DNA of 30,570 nucleotides, from UHGV virus genome UHGV-0106128, one strand, 5' to 3'. Positions 17,474 to 25,896 of this stretch are shown piece by piece. The notes under the pieces were generated by a model that was given only the letters and a program-made list of their open reading frames with translations, made no database searches and was not told the origin of the DNA. Made by a program: the position numbers and the translations under genes. The DNA comes from a virus. How positions within the stretch are numbered: the stretch's first letter is position 1; each line of letters begins with the position of its first letter.

Positions 17474-18142
17474 ATGTCACTTAATTACTTTGGACAAGCT
17501 TTCAAACTGGCGTTTGAAGTATCGCCCATTCTTTTAGTTGATGGCATAGCGTCGAAAATTCCCGGCGGGGTGATGCCGATTGCTGTTTTGACCGAAGGCC
17601 TAAGCATTGTGAACGGTCTGCTGCATGGCGAGATTCGTACACGCTCGATGGCGGCATTTACCCCGATGGCGGGGACAACGTTGGTTCAGCAGGATATTTG
17701 CAACCTGAATTTCTATAACCAGGTAACGGCAGCGAATGCGACCGTCAAGAAGCCTAACCGAGTAGTCATGCAGATGATCCGTCCGGCATCAACGGAGGAC
17801 GGTGGCTACATCACTAAGGGGATGACATTCACGGCGCTGAAAATGGCGCTCGATATGCATAACCAGTATGGCGGTTGTTACACCGTAATGACGCCATCTT
17901 TCATCTACACGCGCTGTCTGATGCGGTCGTTTATCGATACATCCGGTTTCTCTGAGCAGAACAAGCAGGTTCAGCACACCTGGCAGATTGAGTTTGAGCA
18001 ACCATTGTCGTCTGTCGAACAAACGGTAAAAACGCTGGCGAGCGTTCTGGATAAATTTGATAAAGGGATGCCGTCAGACGGGGCGCTATCGTGGTCAGGT
18101 ATTAAGAACCAGGTCGTGCAGGAGTTTGGTTTTGGCTTATGA
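17474..18142 (+). CDS. tail / baseplate protein (hypothetical)
   Basis: ORF track; position after the tape measure. Confidence 0.5.
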   Translation: MSLNYFGQAFKLAFEVSPILLVDGIASKIPGGVMPIAVLTEGLSIVNGLLHGEIRTRSMAAFTPMAGTTLVQQDICNLNFYNQVTAANATVKKPNRVVMQMIRPASTEDGGYITKGMTFTALKMALDMHNQYGGCYTVMTPSFIYTRCLMRSFIDTSGFSEQNKQVQHTWQIEFEQPLSSVEQTVKTLASVLDKFDKGMPSDGALSWSGIKNQVVQEFGFGL

Positions 18143-18405
18143 CAACGTTAATTCCTTTCAAACCTGACGGGCGAGGACCATTTCAGTTCACGGCCAGAAT
18201 CGGAGAATATGAAACATTCGCCCGCGTTCCGTTTAATCTGTATGCAAATCGTTACTACCTGGAACTGAAAGACAGTTCAGGCGACGTGATTGTATACATG
18301 CCTTTGATCGCGTCACCTGACAGTTACGACATCAATCTGGCGCTGCCTTGCTCACCGGGGAAACTTGTTTTTCGCAAAAGTACGAATCAGTTTGAGGTTT
18401 CGTAA
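18139..18405 (+). CDS. small tail / baseplate protein (hypothetical)
   Basis: ORF track; ATGA overlap with upstream gene and TAATG overlap with downstream gene. Confidence 0.45.
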   Translation: MTTLIPFKPDGRGPFQFTARIGEYETFARVPFNLYANRYYLELKDSSGDVIVYMPLIASPDSYDINLALPCSPGKLVFRKSTNQFEVS

Positions 18406-19412
18406 TGCGTTATTACCGACTGGAAATTATTAATCCTAAAACAGGCAAGCCGCCAGTGGATAGCAATGGAAAACCCATTGGACCTTTTGATACCAATGAA
18501 ACACTAGGATGTGGGTTGCATATTGAATTTGACTTTGAAGTAACCGGCCTGGATGTAGTCTGTTCGGGTACGATGCTGACGATCTATGGATTACCAATTG
18601 ACATGCTGAAGCAAAGCGTAAGTTTGCAGGGTTGTCTGGTACGTATGAAAGCAGGCTTTGTTCAGGGGTTACCACTGGCAAATAAGGATCAACAGGGGGA
18701 GGTAATCTATGGTGAAATTTATCTGGCCTATGCCAACTGGATCGGCACGAACCAGACTTTAAACCTGGTAATAAATCCAAGCATACGCAAAACCGATGAC
18801 GGTAAACCTTTTTCAATTGAGGGGCAGGGGGAAGCAGGGGAAAGGGTGGGCGATGTTTTAGTCCGCGCTTTGCAAAAAGCATATCCCAATAAACTTATTG
18901 ATTGCACAGTCAGCGACAACCTGGTTTTGCCAGAGCCGTGGACGGGCAAATATACGGAGATTGGTTCGCTGGCTATGGTCGTAAAAAACGCCTCTATTGC
19001 GATGATGCGTAATGAAAGGTATAGCGGAATCGCCATCAGTATTCTTTCCGACAGAATACGAATCTACGATAACGCATCGGCAAAGTGGGGTGAGCCAAAA
19101 ACAATTCATGCCCATGAACTGGTCGGGCAGCCGACATGGATAGCGCCGTTTACCGTCAGTTTCAAATGCCCTATGAGAGGCGATATCAGATGTGGTGATG
19201 TGGTTAAACTGCCGGAGGGGCTATATTCTGGCGCTGCGTCGATTGTGATGGCTAATACAACGGTACCCAGCGTTATCGCAAAAAATTCGACCACGTTCAC
19301 CGGGAAATTTCTTGTGAAATCAGTCAGACACATTGGTTCGTATCTGACAGCCGATGGCGATGCCTGGGTGACGGTATTTGAGGCATATGCTGAGAACTGG
19401 GCGAGGGTGTAA
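18405..19412 (+). CDS. baseplate hub-like protein (P2 gpD / Mu gp44-like, putative)
   Basis: 335 aa; assignment by order relative to the tape measure and the spike-like gene. Confidence 0.4.
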   Translation: MRYYRLEIINPKTGKPPVDSNGKPIGPFDTNETLGCGLHIEFDFEVTGLDVVCSGTMLTIYGLPIDMLKQSVSLQGCLVRMKAGFVQGLPLANKDQQGEVIYGEIYLAYANWIGTNQTLNLVINPSIRKTDDGKPFSIEGQGEAGERVGDVLVRALQKAYPNKLIDCTVSDNLVLPEPWTGKYTEIGSLAMVVKNASIAMMRNERYSGIAISILSDRIRIYDNASAKWGEPKTIHAHELVGQPTWIAPFTVSFKCPMRGDIRCGDVVKLPEGLYSGAASIVMANTTVPSVIAKNSTTFTGKFLVKSVRHIGSYLTADGDAWVTVFEAYAENWARV

Positions 19413-20125
19413 TGTCAAACGCTCAAAAATTACCGTTTCTCCGAACACTGTCGGAGATGATGACCAGTTCTGGTAACCAGCAAGCCGAGCTTAAAGGCCG
19501 CGAATTGCCCTGCCATGTTGTCGATATCTGCGGGCAAATAGTGACAGTTCAGTTTGATATGCTGCCGGAGGGGATCAACTTCCCGCAGATAACAATCCCT
19601 GTCGCCACATTCCCGTATATCCGTTACCCGATACAGCCGGGCGATCGAGGAGTAACAATTGCCGCTGATGTATCACTGCGCGGTGTGTCCGGATTGGGAA
19701 CCGGTATGGCAACGCTTTCTTACTCGATGTCGCTCACTCCCCTGTTTTTCGTGCCACTGGCAAACAAGGAGTGGTCCGACGAAGATCCGCAAAAAATCGT
19801 TTTGTACGGTCCGGATGGCGCGATCCTCAAAACAGAGGACGGCAGTAGCTCGGTAATGGTGGCTCTGGAAGAAATCAGGCAAAAGTCGAAAGCTGTTTAC
19901 CTCGAGGCCGAAGATATTTTCCTGAACGGGAAAATTCACCTCAACGGACCGATCGTCCAGGACAAAGCCCAGATGAAGGATACAACCGCTTCGCTGATTG
20001 GTCCTCTTAATGTCGAGATGGATGCAGTTATCAACGGCGTGAGCGTCAGCGGCCACAGTCACGATGTGACTGGTGTTCAAAGCGGCAGTAGCACGATTAC
20101 GTCGAAGAAACCAAATCCTGGTTAA
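19412..20125 (+). CDS. baseplate spike / assembly protein V-like (putative)
   Basis: 237 aa; position before wedge and J genes; C-terminal Gly/Ser/Thr-rich tip; followed by a strong terminator. Confidence 0.45.
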   Translation: MSNAQKLPFLRTLSEMMTSSGNQQAELKGRELPCHVVDICGQIVTVQFDMLPEGINFPQITIPVATFPYIRYPIQPGDRGVTIAADVSLRGVSGLGTGMATLSYSMSLTPLFFVPLANKEWSDEDPQKIVLYGPDGAILKTEDGSSSVMVALEEIRQKSKAVYLEAEDIFLNGKIHLNGPIVQDKAQMKDTTASLIGPLNVEMDAVINGVSVSGHSHDVTGVQSGSSTITSKKPNPG

Positions 20126-20166
20126 TACCGGTTCATTTCACTTTAAATTCTAACCATAAAACGAAA

Positions 20167-20200
20167 CCCCCGACTGTTGGCCCAGTCGGGGGTTTCTGTT
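20167..20200 (+). terminator. rho-independent terminator
   Basis: 10 bp perfect stem CCCCCGACTG (20167-20176) / CAGTCGGGGG (20183-20192), 6 nt loop, then TTTCTGTTTCT. Confidence 0.65.
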
Positions 20201-20249
20201 TCTCACCTTGAATACGCAAGGGATGATTACGTATGTTTGGAGGTCTTCC

Positions 20250-20411
20250 GTGATTAATTTTAGCGGAGGAGACTGGATTGTGAAAGCCTTAAAATTAGTG
20301 GCAAAAAGCAATACCTTACGACGCATGTATTACACCGCTGCACTCGTAGCTTTAGCATTTGCCTTTTCACCAGTACTGACAGAGTTAGTTAAAGTGATGG
20401 GGGCACGATGA
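20250..20411 (+). CDS. small hypothetical protein with hydrophobic C-terminal segment; start uncertain (GTG 20250 or GTG 20280)
   Basis: ORF track 20208..20411; GGAGG 20239-20243 before GTG 20250; possible membrane helix YYTAALVALAFAFSPVL. Confidence 0.3.
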   Translation: MINFSGGDWIVKALKLVAKSNTLRRMYYTAALVALAFAFSPVLTELVKVMGAR

Positions 20412-20755
20412 GAACATGGGGCCGCGTCACCGACGCGAACGGCAACAAAAAATGGGTTGCAGTAGAATCTGACGCCAACGGTGATTTCTCCTACGGCTGG
20501 CTGACGACGCTCATTCAGACGTTAAAGCTGGGATTGGGGGAGTCGCCGTTTTACGCGAATTACGGTATTCCTGCACAGCAGTGCATCGTGCAGCAGATTT
20601 ACCCAGACTACTATGTGAACATGGTTCAGCAACAGTTTGCTGGGTATTTTGCATCACTGGCAATTTCAAAGGTAGATGGAGCAGATAACCCCACCTATAA
20701 CATCGATGTTGTGTTTTTTAATGGGACCAGTTACCGGACGCAGGTGCCGGTATGA
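20408..20755 (+). CDS. baseplate wedge protein (gpW / gp25-like, putative by synteny)
   Basis: 115 aa; ATG 20408 overlaps the upstream stop; position between spike and J genes as in Mu and P2 tails. Confidence 0.4.
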   Translation: MRTWGRVTDANGNKKWVAVESDANGDFSYGWLTTLIQTLKLGLGESPFYANYGIPAQQCIVQQIYPDYYVNMVQQQFAGYFASLAISKVDGADNPTYNIDVVFFNGTSYRTQVPV

Positions 20756-20847
20756 ATCACAGTTTTATGATAAAACTTTTACCTTGGTTTGGAGTGCTGT
20801 AGAGAGATATTTTAGGGGGGGCGAGTAATTTTCTAAGCTGGAGCATA

Positions 20848-20890
20848 TTGACATATATTATTTCGGATTTGCAAAATACATATTGTTACC
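20848..20890 (+). promoter_or_regulatory. candidate promoter of the AT-rich cargo gene
   Basis: Consensus TTGACA at 20848-20853 followed by A/T-rich sequence; the -10 element is ambiguous (TATATT, TACATA and TATTGT are all candidates). Confidence 0.3.
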
Positions 20891-20905
20891 ATGGAGGAGA
20901 CAAGC

Positions 20906-22066
20906 ATGGAAAATTTTGCAAATAAGTTAAAAATACACACAGAGCATGTTGCAAAAATGGGGGTGTTTTGTACAACTGAAGAAACGACAAAACAAGCACT
21001 CATTATGCCATTTCTAGATATTCTTGGTTTTACTCCGTATGATCCAAGAAAAGTCAAAGCTGAGTATAGTGCTGACTTCCCCGGGGTTAAGGCTAATGAA
21101 CGGGTTGATTACGCTTTATTTTGTCATGATGTTCCTGTGATGTTCATTGAGGCGAAATCGTTTTCAGAACAAATTGATAATCACTGCCCACAGCTATCAA
21201 GATATTTTAATTCAACACCGGAAGTTACTATATCAGCCATTACAAATGGTGTTGAATGGCGTTTTTTTACGGATTTGAAACAAAAAAACATAATGGATTC
21301 AACGCCGTTTTTAAAAATAAGAATGGATTCTCTAACTCACTCCGATATTACACAATTATTTCGTTTTCGTTATGATAAATTCAAACCAGAGGCTTTGCGG
21401 ACACTGGCTGAAGAAAGTGTTTATTTGAATTCATTTACTAAAACAATCAGTTCTAGTCTTCGTGAAGTTGATCTGGAGTTTGTTCGATATGTTGCTAGTC
21501 GTTCAAATATTGAGAGACAACTTAATCAGAGATTTCTTGAGTTCGTGACTCCATTAGTTAAACAGGCCGTTGAGCGCGCTGTTAGCGCAATGGTGGTTTC
21601 CGGGCTATCTACACAACCGGTAGAGCAAACTAAAGAAAATGATGCAACGGATACACAAGTTAATAACGCCATTGTTGATGAAGAAAACCCCAACATAATA
21701 ACCACAGCCAAAGAATTGGAACTATTTGAAAGGGTAAAACAAATCATACAAACAGAAGATAATATAGAATATAAAGATACTGAGTCATATTTTGGTGTAC
21801 TATTGAATGGTAAAACTAATAGATGGCTGTTAAGATTTTATGATAAAAAATCTTCATTTATAACATTACCTATTTCGCTTAGTGAAGTTCAGTTGAATGA
21901 AATAAGACGAGCTCGACTTGATACGGATGGTAAAAGGATACATATAACTAATCCGGAAGATATACTTCGCATATCTGGTTTGATTCTGGATTCATACGAG
22001 TATGTTAAAAATGATGATAATTTCCGCCGAGGGTCCAGAGTGAGCAGTTTAGAAGAGGTTGAATAA
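20906..22066 (+). CDS. 386-aa protein with N-terminal PD-(D/E)xK nuclease-like domain (type I restriction HsdR N-terminal-like); C-terminal ~250 aa unassigned; candidate defence gene
   Basis: ORF track 20891..22066; GGAGGAG 20893-20899 then ATG 20906; visibly AT-rich; motifs PFLDILGF, ERVDYALF and VMFIEAKS (D68, E82, K84); flanked by a promoter-like sequence and an intrinsic terminator. Confidence 0.75.
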   Translation: MENFANKLKIHTEHVAKMGVFCTTEETTKQALIMPFLDILGFTPYDPRKVKAEYSADFPGVKANERVDYALFCHDVPVMFIEAKSFSEQIDNHCPQLSRYFNSTPEVTISAITNGVEWRFFTDLKQKNIMDSTPFLKIRMDSLTHSDITQLFRFRYDKFKPEALRTLAEESVYLNSFTKTISSSLREVDLEFVRYVASRSNIERQLNQRFLEFVTPLVKQAVERAVSAMVVSGLSTQPVEQTKENDATDTQVNNAIVDEENPNIITTAKELELFERVKQIIQTEDNIEYKDTESYFGVLLNGKTNRWLLRFYDKKSSFITLPISLSEVQLNEIRRARLDTDGKRIHITNPEDILRISGLILDSYEYVKNDDNFRRGSRVSSLEEVE

Positions 22067-22070
22067 GTAA

Positions 22071-22094
22071 AAAACCCGCGAAAGCGGGTTTTTT
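22071..22094 (+). terminator. rho-independent terminator of the cargo gene
   Basis: CCCGC (22075-22079), GAAA loop, GCGGG (22084-22088), T6 (22089-22094). Confidence 0.75.
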
Positions 22095-22106
22095 AATGGA
22101 GTAAAT

Positions 22107-23333
22107 ATGTCAGAAATACCAATTACTATGACCAGTGCGGGGGCGCAGCCTACGCCACCCAATGATTTGCTCGCGAATCTTATCACCAGAGTTGCCGAAA
22201 AAGTACCTGGATATACAGCCAACCTTCCGGCGGGGCTTATTACAGACCTTGCCAGCACGGCTGTCGGGGCGCTGGCATTAATAGACCAGGCGCGGGTGGA
22301 CCTTATTAACTCCGTAAGCCCATACGGCGCAAATATTCCGTTACTGATGCAACTCGGAAACATTTATGGAGCACAGAAGGGATTAAGTACAAATACGGCG
22401 GTATACGTGGTGTTTGAGGCGTTGCCGGGGTTTGGTATCCCTAAAGGATTTGTTGTCGGTGACGGCAACTACCAGTATGCAGTTTCCCGCGATACGGTGG
22501 TGCCGGAAAGCGGGCAGACTGAGCCAGTCTACTGTGTGGCCACAACGTCAGGCTCATGGGCTGTACCGGAAGGAACCGTAACGCAGGTCATTACATCGGT
22601 ACCCAAAGATCAGCCTGTAAAATGCACGAACCTTACCGCAGGGATGCCAGGTCAGGAGGCGCAAACGTGGGCATCTTACCGCGCCGAAGTCATGGAGTCC
22701 GGCATGTTTGGTGTGCAGGGAACACCGGATTGCTTTAAAGCGATGCTCAAATCAGTAAGCGGTGTGCGAGAAAACCTGATTTCTTTCCGGCAGTCGTCGC
22801 TGGGGAAATGGGTTGCGGTTGTTGGTGGCGGTGATCCGTATGATGTGGCTTATGCTATTTACAAATCTGTACCGGATATTTCGAAACTGACCAACGATGT
22901 TAGCAATCCATCTGGTGCGGCAGTGGAAAAACGCACGGTTTCAATAACCGTTTCGCCAGATGTTTATCAGGTGCCGTTCGTTATCCCGTCATCACAAAAC
23001 GTCATGGTGCTAATCACCTGGAACACTGTATCTGATGATTATGTTGATCCGGCGGGTATTGCTATGGCTGTGCAGCAAAACGTTGCTGATTACATCAATT
23101 CTATTGAAGTCGGACACCCGATAAATCTGCTGCGAATCCAGGATATTTTTACCAGTTCCGTCAGATTGTTGGTTGATGCGACGTTGATCTCAACAATCAG
23201 TGTGAGCATTGGCATTAATGGCCATATTGTTCCTCCGGCAAAAGACACAAGCCTGGTTTATGGCGATACCTATTCCTATTTTTCGACGGTGGTATCACAG
23301 GTTCAAGTTAACAAGTATGCAATATCTGACTGA
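22107..23333 (+). CDS. baseplate J-like protein (Mu gp47 / P2 gpJ family)
   Basis: 408 aa; GGAG then ATG 22107; N-terminal region fits the Baseplate_J pattern (GYTANLPAGLITDL..., LMQLGNIYGAQKGLSTNTAVYVVFEALPGFGIPKGFVVGDG). Confidence 0.7.
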   Translation: MSEIPITMTSAGAQPTPPNDLLANLITRVAEKVPGYTANLPAGLITDLASTAVGALALIDQARVDLINSVSPYGANIPLLMQLGNIYGAQKGLSTNTAVYVVFEALPGFGIPKGFVVGDGNYQYAVSRDTVVPESGQTEPVYCVATTSGSWAVPEGTVTQVITSVPKDQPVKCTNLTAGMPGQEAQTWASYRAEVMESGMFGVQGTPDCFKAMLKSVSGVRENLISFRQSSLGKWVAVVGGGDPYDVAYAIYKSVPDISKLTNDVSNPSGAAVEKRTVSITVSPDVYQVPFVIPSSQNVMVLITWNTVSDDYVDPAGIAMAVQQNVADYINSIEVGHPINLLRIQDIFTSSVRLLVDATLISTISVSIGINGHIVPPAKDTSLVYGDTYSYFSTVVSQVQVNKYAISD

Positions 23334-23943
23334 AAAAATTCTCCCTGCTTATCCGTTTGTGCAGTACAGAGATGATCCGAATGTTGTTGCGTTCTTTGAT
23401 GCATACAATGAAATTGCTCAGGAATACCTCGATTCACTCAACAATCTGGCATTGCCATGCTGGACATCGGAATCAATAACCGGGCAATTGCTGGACTGGA
23501 TTGCTCTCGGGATTTATGGCGTTGAAAGGCCTTTACTACAGGTTTCCGAGGAGGCTATTGCACGCGGCGCATACGATACCATTGAATACAATACAATCCC
23601 TTATGCGGCAATGCGGAATTATGTTCCGGGGCAGGCATCGTATGTTCCGGATGATTATTTCAAGCGAATATTAACTTGGAATTTTTATAAGGCTGACGGT
23701 TCGCATTTCTGCATTGACTGGTTAAAGCGCCGTGTGGCACGGTTCATTCATGGGAAAAACGGAATAGACCCGCCGTTGCAGCACACTTTTGATGTGAGCG
23801 TGACTGTATCGGACAGTGTTTTTTCTATTCAGATACCAGAATATGGTGATGGTATAGGCTATTTTCTGAAAGATGCCATTGACCAGAAATATGTAAAACT
23901 CCCTTTTATTTATTCCTATGCAACAACGGTGATTCAAAAATGA
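23323..23943 (+). CDS. tail protein I-like (P2 gpI / Mu gp48-like, putative)
   Basis: ORF track 23209..23943; ATG 23323 overlaps the J stop; position between J and the tail fibre. Confidence 0.5.
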   Translation, partial: YLTEKILPAYPFVQYRDDPNVVAFFDAYNEIAQEYLDSLNNLALPCWTSESITGQLLDWIALGIYGVERPLLQVSEEAIARGAYDTIEYNTIPYAAMRNYVPGQASYVPDDYFKRILTWNFYKADGSHFCIDWLKRRVARFIHGKNGIDPPLQHTFDVSVTVSDSVFSIQIPEYGDGIGYFLKDAIDQKYVKLPFIYSYATTVIQK

Positions 23944-25325
23944 TTCTTGGATTCGGAAATAACGTTGTTTCAGCACTGGCTGGTGATATTACGACGATTC
24001 AGACTGATATTCCGGTGATGCCGGGCACGGGAGCTAAATTTGCAAAATTGCTTTCTGCCGATTTTGAAAATAAATCGAACGGGCAACGCGTCTATGCAAA
24101 AATTACGCTTACCGATAATAAAGAGTCTGCATTTGAGATTTGTCATTTGGTATCGGTAAGCGGTGATGTGTTGAAAGTCATTCGTGGGCAGGAAGGAACA
24201 ACCGCGAAAGGTTGGTCCCTTAATGATGTTGTGGCTAACTTTGCCACGCGTGGTTCGGAAAACTATTTCGTACAGATAGCGCAGCTTCAGAGCGGTCATT
24301 ATATTGCGGGTGTTGCTGGCGGCACTGCAAACGCACTGACGCTGGAAGTTCCCTCGACGTTTTTTGTTAATGGAGGTACAGATTGGACGCTACGAACTCC
24401 GATTATCGTTTTCCCCGTTCAGAACAATACCAACGCCGCGACGCTTCAATTAACACTAGGCGGAAAGGTTCTTGGTTCGTTCCCACTTTATAAGGGGAAC
24501 AAGTCCGAGCTGGTAGCGAATGATATCATTAAGGGTATTCCTTTGATTTGCCTTCTTGATAGCGAGAAAAGCTATTTCAGTGTGATAAACCCCGGCAATA
24601 TCTATTCAGATTTTGATCTGCGATATGTAAAAAAATCTGGTGATTTGATGACCGGGGAGCTGAAAATCCGTGGTGTTAATGCGCTGAGGATTTTCAACGA
24701 AGCCTTTGGTCTGATTTTTCGTCGTTCGGAAGAGTGCCTGCATCTCATTCCTACCAGGGAAAATCAGGGCGAAAACGGCGATATTGGTCCACTTCGCCCG
24801 TTCACTATTAATCTGCGGACGGGCGAAATATCCATGTCGCATAAAGTGTCTGTTGGCGGTGGTTCGCAGGTCAATGGTGCGCTGGGTATCGGCGTTCAGA
24901 ACGCGCTGGGCGGAAACTCAATTGCTTTCGGGGATAACGATACGGGTATAAAGCAGAATGGCGACGGCCTGCTGGATATTTATGCCAATGGCCAGCATAT
25001 ATTCCGTTTTCAGAACGGGACGCTACAAAGCAACAGGTCCATGAACATTTCTGGTAGGGTAACACCGTCAGACTACGGAAACTTTGATGCAAGGTATAAG
25101 CAGCGAACAGAGGGAGTGCAGGATGTGCGCTATGGTTCCGAAATGTATTACAACCCTGGCAGCAATGTAATCTCCTGGACATATCACGCTCCTGCGGGAC
25201 ACGGATTGTCAGGGATATCGATATCGGATACTGGTAAAAATTCAGCGGATAACGTCAACGGCGTGTATTACCGACCGCTTCAGAAACTGATTAACGGCAC
25301 CTGGTATAACGTGGCGAGTGTTTAA
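23940..25325 (+). CDS. tail fibre protein (P2 gpH / Mu S-type)
   Basis: 461 aa; ATGA overlap with upstream gene; motif RYVKKSGDLMTGELKIRG resembles the conserved KSGDxMTG motif of phage tail fibres; followed by a Tfa gene. Confidence 0.7.
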   Translation: MILGFGNNVVSALAGDITTIQTDIPVMPGTGAKFAKLLSADFENKSNGQRVYAKITLTDNKESAFEICHLVSVSGDVLKVIRGQEGTTAKGWSLNDVVANFATRGSENYFVQIAQLQSGHYIAGVAGGTANALTLEVPSTFFVNGGTDWTLRTPIIVFPVQNNTNAATLQLTLGGKVLGSFPLYKGNKSELVANDIIKGIPLICLLDSEKSYFSVINPGNIYSDFDLRYVKKSGDLMTGELKIRGVNALRIFNEAFGLIFRRSEECLHLIPTRENQGENGDIGPLRPFTINLRTGEISMSHKVSVGGGSQVNGALGIGVQNALGGNSIAFGDNDTGIKQNGDGLLDIYANGQHIFRFQNGTLQSNRSMNISGRVTPSDYGNFDARYKQRTEGVQDVRYGSEMYYNPGSNVISWTYHAPAGHGLSGISISDTGKNSADNVNGVYYRPLQKLINGTWYNVASV

Positions 25326-25327
25326 CA

Positions 25328-25873
25328 ATGTTGCATTTAAAAAATATTACTGCAGGCAATCCGAAAACCGCAGAACAATATCAGATGACAAAACAACATG
25401 GTATCACCTGGCTTTTTTCGGAAGATGACAAAAACTGGTATGAAGAGCTGAAAAATTTTGCCAGTGACACCATAAAAATGGTTTACACCGGAGACGGGCG
25501 CGTGGTGTGGGTCGGTAAGGATGTGACAGGCATTGAACCCCGTAACGCCAGTGTTATTGAAGTTCCTGATATTACCGCTAACCGCCGTATTACCGTGCCT
25601 GGTTACTGGTTTTACCGCGACGATAAATTTGTCTTCGACTACAAACTTAAAGCGGAAGATGAGCGCGATGCCCTGTTACAACGGGTCAGCATCATGACCA
25701 GCGAATGGGAAAAAGACCTGCTGCTGGGATTAATCAGTGATGAAGACAGGGAGAAGCTGAAAGCGTACCGCATTTACGCGAAATCGCTGCAGGCGATGGA
25801 TTTCAGCACCATCGCTGATAAAACCTCATATAACGCCATTGAATGGCCCGTCTCTCCGGAAGCCTCTTCCTGA
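25328..25873 (+). CDS. tail fibre assembly protein (Tfa chaperone)
   Basis: 181 aa directly downstream of the fibre gene; N-terminus MLHLKNITAGNPKTAEQYQMTKQHGITWLFSEDDKNWYEEL is Tfa-like. Confidence 0.65.
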   Translation: MLHLKNITAGNPKTAEQYQMTKQHGITWLFSEDDKNWYEELKNFASDTIKMVYTGDGRVVWVGKDVTGIEPRNASVIEVPDITANRRITVPGYWFYRDDKFVFDYKLKAEDERDALLQRVSIMTSEWEKDLLLGLISDEDREKLKAYRIYAKSLQAMDFSTIADKTSYNAIEWPVSPEASS

Positions 25874-25896
25874 TTTAATTTATCGCGAGAAAAACT

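Noticed and set aside
20891-20905. Start of the cargo gene at ATG 20891 (as in the ORF track)
   Set aside because: ATG 20891 is part of the ATGGAGGAG Shine-Dalgarno-like sequence; ATG 20906 has proper spacing. Either start leaves the domain call unchanged
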